Part shown: in pieces, positions 56,520 to 64,000 of the stretch
How the letters are laid out: every line of letters begins with the position of its first letter
Position numbering within the stretch: position 1 is the stretch's first letter
Origin: Terriglobia bacterium
GTDB lineage: Bacteria > Acidobacteriota > Terriglobia > UBA7540
Direction: 5' to 3'
DNA: 64,000 nucleotides
Assembly: GCA_036278555.1 (NCBI GenBank)
Contig: DASUKV010000083.1
Coordinates: 1,073-65,072, forward strand
Made by a program: the position numbers and the translations under genes
Notes under the pieces: model-generated
Told to the model about the DNA's origin: nothing
Database searches by the model: none
The model's input: only the letters and a program-made list of their open reading frames with translations

Positions 56520-58135
56520 ATGACTAAAACCCAGAAATTTGAACGCCTTCCGCTGGCAAACCTCGTGCTGCCGGCCTTTAACCCGCGTCAGCACGAGGAC
56601 CCTCATCTCTCGAAGAGCTCGCCGCCAGCATTGCTCAAAAGGGTGTGCTTGAGCCCATCATCGTGCGCCCGAAGGGTGAGAAATACCAGATTGTCGCTGG
56701 CGCCCGGCGCTTTAAGGCCAGCCGGATCGCAAAGCAGAAAGACATCCCGGCGATCGTCCGCGAGCTAACCGATCAGGAAGCGGCTGAGTTTGCGGTCATT
56801 GAGAACCTGCAGCGTGCGGATGTCCATTGGCTCGACGAAGCCAAGGGGTTCGAAAAGCTGCTCGTGGACGGCATGACAGCCGACGCGCTGGCCAGGCGCG
56901 TGGGCAAGCACAAGGTCTACATCTACCAGCGGCTGGCGCTCACCAGGCTGATTCCGAAGCTCCAGAAGCTGGCCTATGAAGGCAAGATCAGCCTGGGTGT
57001 TGGCCTGCTCCTCGGCCGCCTCACGCCCACGGTGCAAGGTGCCGCGACCGAGGAACTCGGGAAATACGGCCGCCTCACGGCGAGCGAAGTCAAGCGCTAC
57101 ATTGAGCAGCACGTCTACCTTGATCTCTCGCAAGCTCCCTTTGATACGAGCGACGCAAGCTTCGTGCCTAAGGCCGGGGCCTGCATCGCTTGCCCCAAGC
57201 GCACCGGCGCGAGCCCTCTGCTCTTTGCCGACATCAAGGCCAAAGACACGTGCACGGATCCGGTTTGCTTCCAGGCGAAGTGCGAGGCGCTGATCACCCA
57301 GCAGCAGGAGAAGTATCCCAGGGCGCTCAAAATCGCTTACGGGGACGTCGAATGGGGAGACCGCGAGCGGCTGAGCCAGGAAGCGGTCATCTTTGAGGAT
57401 CGTGGTTACAGTTCCTACGGGGACAAAGAGCCGCACTGGCAACAGTCGAGCGCCGGTGCCTGCGACTTCACCCAGGATGCCATTGTGGTGGCAGGGGACC
57501 GGCGGCGCTTGGGCGAGCATAAGCTCGTCTGCGCGGAGCCGAGGTGCTCTCTTCACGCCTCGGCGCGCGGCGGCCAGCGAGTGCCGAAACAGCCCGGCGT
57601 GCTCAACGAGGAGCGTGCAAGGCAGATCGAAGAGCTCTGGCAGCGCCGGACGCGGCACGCCTGCCGGGTGGCAGTGCACAACGCGGTCCGGGCTCAGCAG
57701 GAGCAAGCCAGTCCGGTTCCGGTTGAGGCTCTGCGGTTCGCGGTGCGCGAAGCCTACCGCAACGCCCACATTTACTCCGACGGACGCGCCTACCTGGAGT
57801 CGCTTTGGCTTGGCGACAACAAGAAAGCGGAGAAGGGGATTGACAACTTGATTGAGGCTGCCGATCACCATACCCTGCTCCGCCTGCTGATCGACTTCCC
57901 GCTGGCCAATGACGTGGCGGAGAAATTCGCGGATGGGAAAGAAGTCGAGCTCGTTGCAAATGCGTATGGCCTGGACGTGAAGGCCCTCTCCACTCCGGTG
58001 GTCAGCGAGTGGGAAGAAAAGAAGCAGGTTTCCTACGCCAAGCGCGACGCGCGGCTGGCTAAAGAGCGCGCACAGCTCGAAGCAGGGAGGAAGGCTACAG
58101 GGAAACCCAAGAAGAACGAGGCTAACGCCAATTGA
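56520..58135 (+). pseudogene. parB: ParB/Spo0J-family protein with a frameshift near 56605 (pseudogene or sequencing error)
   Basis: MTKTQKFERLPLANL...NPRQH in one frame continues as LEELAASIAQKGVLEPIIVRP...IVAGARRFKA...ENLQRADV in another. Confidence 0.8.
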
Positions 58136-58565
58136 TGGTTAGTTAAAGGCGCTCTCGTGCTTGGCCGGGCCTCAGGCCTTGCCCAGCACGAGCCAGCTCC
58201 TGTGGAGCGCCCCTGTTTCGGTACGGGGAGATTGAGGGATCATAACGTCCAACATCGTTCTCAGCCGATCTCAAGCTTTGGAGGCGTGTGCGAAGGTGGG
58301 GAGTGTTCGGGAATCCTGGCTCCAGAAGAGGTCTTCCGCCCAATTAGTGACAGCTAAAGCTTGGGTTTCTATTTCCAGCGCCGCGATCTGGACCGGGCCG
58401 AGAGAGACCTCAAGCGGTACAGTGATGGTTTGCGGGACGGCATGGACCAGCGATTTAGCACGATGAATGTGGGTTCTCCGAAATGAAGGATTTTATCAAG
58501 TTCGAAATCTCCGGACTGGCAGACAGCATCGACCGGCTTGAGCATCCTGTGGTTAGACTGTAACC

Positions 58566-58814
58566 TCACGATTCAATCACTTCGGCCGTCGTCACCGGTT
58601 CCCCAAGGGCAGCCTTGACCTCGCGCATCCACGACCTCGAATTCCCTCCATGGACGACGCGCCGAAGGAATCCCAAGCGTTCGGCAATATTGCCCCGATT
58701 AGCGCGAATGCCCTCTTTCGTGGTCCTTGTATAGAGTGCGAGAAACGCGTCCATGCTTTGAGGCTGGGCAAAGAGGTAGGTCGCATGGCCGAGTTGGGGA
58801 GTTTCCACGATCAC
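58566..58814 (-). pseudogene. Diverged duplicate of the C-terminal ~80 aa of the adjacent J-domain-like gene
   Basis: VETPQLGHATYLFA.P.SM..FLALY..T.KE.IR.NR.NIA.RLGF..R.VHG is shared with 58870..60402. Confidence 0.75.
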
Positions 58815-58869
58815 CCCGCTCGATGCGTCTTATATCGGGAATTGAAGATTTCAAGCAAGTCTTTACGTG

Positions 58870-60402
58870 TTACTGGAGTAGGTCTACCGATTCTCCGATG
58901 CGGGCGTTCAGTTCTTTGACCCACGCGCGGGGATGGACCCCGTGCACAATCCGGCCCAGAAAACCGAGTCGCGCGGCAATGTTGTCGCGGTTCTCCCGAA
59001 TCGCTTCCTTGCTGGTCTTGGCATAGAGCGCCAGAAATATCTCCATGCTGGCCGGCCGCGCGAACAGATACGTGGCATGTCCCAACTGTGGCGTCTCGAC
59101 CGCAACCGCCCCGGCATCGAAGATATATTCGTTATGAAAAAGGTAGAGGCGTCGGGCCCGCTGACAGAGCTGGCGGTAGAAGAACGGGTCGTAATCCGGC
59201 CTCCAGGTCAGTTGGGCCACGTCAAAGTCTCCCGGCACACCGAGCTGTCCCAGCATTCGCTCGAGCTCACGTTTCTCCACCGGCCCCCGTTCGATTCGCG
59301 CCCGAATTTGGTCCAACATCCGGGAATACTGGCCGAACCGATGATAGGCCTTGCGTGCCGCGACCAATTGTTCCTGGAGGTTCGCCGGCAGCTTGATATT
59401 CAGACGGCTGGGCAGCGCGCTTTCCCATTCAATTAGACACCACTTGCCCGACTGCATGCGGTACTTGCCCGCCCGCACAAACGTCCCCTGGATCTCAACC
59501 TTCGCCGCCACGAGGTGCCGCCACTGGTTCCACGTCGCATTCCAAACGACTGGCATCACGCACTGATCAACCAGAACTTCCAGCTTCCGTCGCGCATCAC
59601 GATACAGGGCCGTCGTCGGGTAGAAGTCGAATTTCCGGAGCGGGGCGTGAAAGCGCCGCTCGCGCAGCTCGGGTCGGAAGGCTAGCAGGCGCCTGACAAA
59701 GAACGTTTGACCGTCGCGCGAGCGGTCTCCACTCACGAGCAGCGATCCAAACCCGCCGTAGGGAAACAGCGCCGGGGCTTCCCGATCTTTGAGCAAGGCA
59801 TCATAACAAGCCCGCAGTTCCGGGTGCGCCAGGATGTTGTAGGCGCGCTCCAAGGCCTTGTAGGCGCTCTTGGGCGCTCCTTCCTTCTGAAGTTCAAGCT
59901 GCCGGATTTTGAATGAGAGCCGTAATTGTCCTGGGTCGGCATACTGAGGCATACGCACGATCTCGTACAGCGTCGGCTGCTTGCCCCACTCGCGCTGGCG
60001 GTCGGCCACGTAAAAATAGTCGCGGAGGACGTGGCAGGGAAGCTGAATTGACGCGATCCCCAGCCGGCTGCCGGTCACTCCTGCTGTGACAAACAGTTCC
60101 TTGCGCTTGTCTTCTTTCGGCTGAGTCGCGTAGCCAATCGGAGCCTGGTAGAGCTCCCGCATCCGGCGCGAGGAAGGGTTCTTAAGAACGTGGATCTCTA
60201 CTCCGGCCTGGTTCGGGGCAATGGGAGCCTCAACTTGATCTCCGGAGGCCAGATGGGTGGCAAGGAATGCCGAGAGCAACACGGCTGCGCCCTGGCTCAG
60301 CACGCACTCGGCGGCACCGTCCTTTGTCGGCCGGATACCCGTAATGCAACCACGATGAATGGTTTCAGTCGAGACGGTCTTGGAGCTCGCCAAGGCTGGC
60401 AT
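58870..60402 (-). CDS. Hypothetical protein with an internal J-domain-like region lacking HPD
   Basis: 'TLYEIV.....A...QLR..F...QLE......ALERAYNILA.PELRA.YD'. Probable ATG at 60402. Confidence 0.7.
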   Translation of the reverse strand: MPALASSKTVSTETIHRGCITGIRPTKDGAAECVLSQGAAVLLSAFLATHLASGDQVEAPIAPNQAGVEIHVLKNPSSRRMRELYQAPIGYATQPKEDKRKELFVTAGVTGSRLGIASIQLPCHVLRDYFYVADRQREWGKQPTLYEIVRMPQYADPGQLRLSFKIRQLELQKEGAPKSAYKALERAYNILAHPELRACYDALLKDREAPALFPYGGFGSLLVSGDRSRDGQTFFVRRLLAFRPELRERRFHAPLRKFDFYPTTALYRDARRKLEVLVDQCVMPVVWNATWNQWRHLVAAKVEIQGTFVRAGKYRMQSGKWCLIEWESALPSRLNIKLPANLQEQLVAARKAYHRFGQYSRMLDQIRARIERGPVEKRELERMLGQLGVPGDFDVAQLTWRPDYDPFFYRQLCQRARRLYLFHNEYIFDAGAVAVETPQLGHATYLFARPASMEIFLALYAKTSKEAIRENRDNIAARLGFLGRIVHGVHPRAWVKELNARIGESVDLLQ

Positions 60403-60410
60403 TTGAGCTG

Positions 60411-60438
60411 AGCGTATCACGAAGGCAAAAGGTGTCAA
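60411..60438 (-). promoter_or_regulatory. Sigma70-type promoter, probably giving a leaderless transcript of the J-domain-like gene
   Basis: Minus strand TTGACA-16-TACGCT (TG-extended), 8 nt before the ATG; no RBS. Confidence 0.5.
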
Positions 60439-60475
60439 GCCTTGTGAGTGCCTATACGAAGATGGTAGTCGCCCA

Positions 60476-62683
60476 CTAGCCTGCTGCCTCGATGGCCGCC
60501 GCGACATCGATAGCCAACTCCTCGGCTCGCCACAGGGCGCCGCGGATTCTCGTAACTTCCAGTTCTCTAGATGCGATTTGGCCAGCAGGCTCGCCCCTTC
60601 CTCTGGCGGCAGCAAGCTCTCGTTCGTGACTCGACAGCATCCGTCGAAACATGGGAGCTGCACTCTTCTTCGGTTGCGCATGGACACACCCCAGACAAAC
60701 CAGGCCCCGCGGGCAATGCTCGCCGGTAGGCAGCGCGCATAGGTGCGTGCCCATATCGCGCATCCCGCAACTCGCTGTGAAGGTGGCCCATTCCTCGGCA
60801 GTTGGATTGCGTAGACTCTCCTCTCCATGAAAGGCGATATAAAGACCACGCACCGCCTTTCGATACTCCTCGACCATGGTTTGCGGATAAAGCTTGGCGT
60901 AAACCATAACGGTGTCGATTGAGGCGTGGCCAAGCAGCGCCTGGATTACGTGTACCGGGGTGTTGTTGTTGAGATGTTCGGAGGCGAACACCCGGCGGCA
61001 GTCGTGTGGATGCAACTGGAGCGCAGTGCCATCCGCCTTGCGTAGGCCAGCTGCTGCCGATAACAACTTCAGGCGAAGGCGAATTCCCTCCGGACCTAGC
61101 GGACTCGGATGTCTGGGTGCTTGCAGCAAGTAGGGAGCACAGGGCAGCGCGCGCTTTTCGTGATAATCCCAGTGATCGCGGAAGGGTACAGCATCCGCAC
61201 CATAGAAGGCCTTGACATGTCGAATGATCTCCGCGATCACTCGGCCCAAACCATCCCCGATCGGGATCACCCGCGCTCGGTCGTACTTCGATGGTTTGAC
61301 GTGCAGCATATAGTAAATGTGTCCCTCCGGCGTGTGACGTTTCAGAAGGTCGAGGGTCGTTAGTTCGGATGCTTCCTCAATTCGGAGGCCGCTCTGGACC
61401 AGCAGTTCCAGTAGAGCCCAGTCCCAGAAGGCATCCGCTTCCGCCAACTTACAGCGGGCGCCCGCTTGAGCCGCACTGAGAGCGCTCTCTGCTTCGCGCC
61501 AACGCCGGAAGGCCAGTGCGCGAATGTTCGGCATCTCGCGCTCCAGATCGAGAACAAGAGCAGTCATCCGTTTCATCTGTTGTTTTCGGGCCTTGTTGAA
61601 GCCGACTCCCAGTAAGTCGTGTCGGGTCAGCGGAACCGCCCGAGGAGCAAAGGATGCGAGGGGAGAATCGGGCTCGGCAGCCCAAGCGCAGAGGTCGTTA
61701 AAGAACGTGCGAACGTTCACGAGCCAAGCATGTGCCGTGAGACGCACCGCCGCTTCGTCACGGTTTTCACCGTGCTCCACTTCGCGAGCACGCTCAATGG
61801 CGTAGGGAATATAGGCTCGGCCATGAACAGGGAGTACGTCGGCGGGATTGGTGACTTCCGCGTACCGTTGTGCAAGAAAGCGCCAGAAATGACCGAGTGA
61901 GCTCACTTTCTCCTGCAGAGTTGAATAGTGGTCGCTGATACGCGTGCTATACGTTTCCAGGTAGAGAATCATAACGGGCCTAAAATCGTCCGGCATATTC
62001 GCCATGGCAACCAGCTCCGCGATAGTTTGACGGCCACGCCGAAGGCGACGGGCCGGTGCGCGTTGCGGAGTTCGGGCAAACACTCGCATCGAACAGAGCG
62101 CAGTATCTAATATGTCCGTGCCGAGGGATGCGGCAGGGATGGCGTTCAAATCCTGCTCGAGAATCTCGGCCAGGGAGTTATAGCCGTGAACCATTAGAAT
62201 GCGAACACCCGTGCTGATGGCGCGATGCTGACCATTCGGGCTTGCCCAGGAAATCGCCCTGACAACTTTCGCGAGGCGGTCATGCTCCTGGAGAAGTAGA
62301 TCATCCTCAGGCAGGCGGGCGACCCATCTCACCAGGTGGACCCTGGAAAGCCAGTCCCAGCTAGGAAGCACGAGGCGGGCCATGACGACGACCCGAGCGC
62401 CCCACATCCAGCGGGCGGTGGGACGTCGTTCTTGGCCGGCCATCCATTTGGGCCATACAGTTCGTTCGAAACTGTCCCACCGCTCTTGTAGGGATTGCCC
62501 GCCACAGCCGTCCAGCGCGTCAACCACATCCTTGCAGCCGGACTTTAAGCGGTACTTGTCGCCTCTCGTGAACCGGAGGGACTGAATAGCTGTGTTAAGA
62601 TGCTTTAGCAATTCACCGTGTTCGTATAGTGCTCTCCCCAGATCTGGGATGTGGTATATCTGCGGACTCCGAATCGTTTCCAC
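60476..62683 (-). CDS. Large tyrosine recombinase (Tn554 TnpB-like)
   Basis: SGLRIEE, PSKYDR, HPHDCRR, LLGHASIDTVMVYAK; Cys-rich C-terminus C...C...C..C. Confidence 0.9.
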   Translation of the reverse strand: METIRSPQIYHIPDLGRALYEHGELLKHLNTAIQSLRFTRGDKYRLKSGCKDVVDALDGCGGQSLQERWDSFERTVWPKWMAGQERRPTARWMWGARVVVMARLVLPSWDWLSRVHLVRWVARLPEDDLLLQEHDRLAKVVRAISWASPNGQHRAISTGVRILMVHGYNSLAEILEQDLNAIPAASLGTDILDTALCSMRVFARTPQRAPARRLRRGRQTIAELVAMANMPDDFRPVMILYLETYSTRISDHYSTLQEKVSSLGHFWRFLAQRYAEVTNPADVLPVHGRAYIPYAIERAREVEHGENRDEAAVRLTAHAWLVNVRTFFNDLCAWAAEPDSPLASFAPRAVPLTRHDLLGVGFNKARKQQMKRMTALVLDLEREMPNIRALAFRRWREAESALSAAQAGARCKLAEADAFWDWALLELLVQSGLRIEEASELTTLDLLKRHTPEGHIYYMLHVKPSKYDRARVIPIGDGLGRVIAEIIRHVKAFYGADAVPFRDHWDYHEKRALPCAPYLLQAPRHPSPLGPEGIRLRLKLLSAAAGLRKADGTALQLHPHDCRRVFASEHLNNNTPVHVIQALLGHASIDTVMVYAKLYPQTMVEEYRKAVRGLYIAFHGEESLRNPTAEEWATFTASCGMRDMGTHLCALPTGEHCPRGLVCLGCVHAQPKKSAAPMFRRMLSSHERELAAARGRGEPAGQIASRELEVTRIRGALWRAEELAIDVAAAIEAAG

Positions 62684-63974
62684 AACGTCCTCCTGGTGCC
62701 GACCTCGACTGCGTGGCGGCCTTCTCGAGCTCCTCGATCGTTGTCTGGTCGTAGGCAAAGGCATAGCGCACCTCGGCGGGTCGCTCGGTCGGTAGAATGC
62801 CACTTGCTTGGCTCTTTGTGTGATCGAAGGTGGATTTCACGGCCCTCACGGCCTTTACCAAGGCGTCGTGATCGACGTGCATGTACAGGTCTGCGGTGGT
62901 ACTTATTTGAGCATGGCCAAGAAGTTCCTGCGCCACTTTCAGGTTTCCAGTCGTTTCCATCACTGCTTGTGCCAGGGTGTGGCGGAATAGGTGAGCATGG
63001 ACGCTGATCCCTGTCTTGCGGCTGACGTACCGCAAGGAAGACTCAAAGGCAGTGTACGTGAGGGGCTTGCCTTTGCCTCTGCGCAAGCCCAACCAAGCCG
63101 CTGGGGTTGCCGTGGTCGTACCGCGCTCTTCTGCCAAGTAGCGATGGAAGAGCGGCCAGAAATCTTCGGTCACCGGCACTCGGTGTTCGTCCCGATCGCC
63201 CTTGAGACGCACGGTGATGGTCCTACGTCTCTCGTCGATATCGGTCAAGACCATTCCCAACACTCCATGCCTTCCGGCAACATCACTCCAGTCGCCAATG
63301 CGTTGTGCTGTACGGAAGAGCAGCGTGAGGATAGACTTGTCGCGATAGGAAACGGCGGTGCCGATGAGCTGCTCCGCCAGGAATGGGTCCAGCGTCTGGT
63401 GAATCTCTCGGGGCACGCGCCGTCGAAATTCCCCGGCCCGTCCGCGAGGTGGTCGGTCTCGACCCGTTAGGCCATGACGACCGTCAGTGCCGACGGCGGC
63501 GGAAATGGGGTTATCCCGTTGGAACCATGCGCCGCTGCCGCGGTCTTGATCCTGTCGGATCCGGAAGGTGAAATACGAGGCCAACACGCTGAGGCGGTGA
63601 TTGATGGTACGGGGTCGCCGCCCCTCGTGGGATGAGCCCGTTCTGCCATCTTTCTCGACGGGACTCGGTTGCGGGACACGCCGACCACCAGGGTGATACT
63701 TCGGGGTGCGGCTGAAGGCGGCGATGTATTGCTCCACGACGTGGCGCCTCGTGTCGTCCACTCCCTTGCCCGATTCGCGCAACCAACCAAAAAAGTGGGC
63801 AAGCGCGGTTGCATAAGAGTGCAGCGTATAGGCGGAGCGTCCACAGGCTGCCAGGTAGAGCAGAAACTCATTGATCTCGGCAGCGGGAGCGCCATCAGCG
63901 CCTCGAACCTGGAAGGGAGCAAGAGCCGTCGGAGTCCTTTCAACTTTGAAGGAAGACATAGCGACATCATACAT
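62613..63974 (-). CDS. Tyrosine recombinase (Tn554 TnpA-like)
   Basis: N-terminal SAM-like 'S.YTL.SYA..L..FF.WL', TAQRIGD, LKGDR, HAHLFRHT, LLGHAQISTTADLYMH. Confidence 0.9.
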   Translation of the reverse strand: MYDVAMSSFKVERTPTALAPFQVRGADGAPAAEINEFLLYLAACGRSAYTLHSYATALAHFFGWLRESGKGVDDTRRHVVEQYIAAFSRTPKYHPGGRRVPQPSPVEKDGRTGSSHEGRRPRTINHRLSVLASYFTFRIRQDQDRGSGAWFQRDNPISAAVGTDGRHGLTGRDRPPRGRAGEFRRRVPREIHQTLDPFLAEQLIGTAVSYRDKSILTLLFRTAQRIGDWSDVAGRHGVLGMVLTDIDERRRTITVRLKGDRDEHRVPVTEDFWPLFHRYLAEERGTTTATPAAWLGLRRGKGKPLTYTAFESSLRYVSRKTGISVHAHLFRHTLAQAVMETTGNLKVAQELLGHAQISTTADLYMHVDHDALVKAVRAVKSTFDHTKSQASGILPTERPAEVRYAFAYDQTTIEELEKAATQSRSAPGGRCGNDSESADIPHPRSGESTIRTR

Positions 63975-64000
63975 GTCGGCGAGTACCCGAGGGCGGCCTC

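Larger units (their letters stand above)
1..64000. mobile_element. Large conjugative element (ICE or plasmid); boundaries lie outside the window
   Basis: T4SS cluster with VirD4 and relaxase, followed by mobile-element backbone genes (primase, ssb, parB, extra dnaN, TA systems). No chromosomal housekeeping operons are present. Confidence 0.88.

Noticed and set aside
58140-58563. Possible small coiled-coil gene remnant and hairpin after parB
   Set aside because: Fragmentary across frames and too weak to call.
60403-60933. N-terminal extension of ORF 58870..60933
   Set aside because: Overlaps the recombinase C-terminus in another frame; a promoter and ATG at 60402 fit better.

Overview
GC-rich bacterial window, probably from an Acidobacteriota-like host (inference from gene families and style). 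It is essentially all one large conjugative mobile element (ICE or plasmid). 1-23.6 kb is a type IV secretion/conjugation region: VirB1, VirB9-like, VirB10, pilin-like repeat proteins, VirB3, VirB4, two VirB5-like paralogs, VirB6, VirB8, a second VirB9-like gene, a VirD4 coupling protein and a MOB_C-type relaxase. Two unexpected genes sit inside it: a membrane-anchored double-AAA ATPase, and an 880-aa protein with the ordered motifs of single-subunit two-barrel (RdRP/YonO-like) RNA polymerases, with a GGDYDFD catalytic loop. A strongly A-depleted non-coding tract follows the relaxase. The cargo/backbone region (24.5-60.4 kb) encodes RNase HI, an AEP primase, a beta-clamp, SSB, a frameshifted ParB, a PLD nuclease, a stand-alone NrdJ C-terminal (TSCPD) protein and toxin-antitoxin pairs. 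It also encodes an iRadA-PPB2-PolB2-DUF72 mutagenesis-type operon, a phage-type recombination module, and a DUF1257-DUF2997-radical SAM-AAA-DUF3150 module whose AAA core has Walker B placed before Walker A. The window ends with two tandem tyrosine recombinases (Tn554-like). No rRNA, tRNA or CRISPR array was seen. All family assignments are by-eye motif recognition, not database searches.
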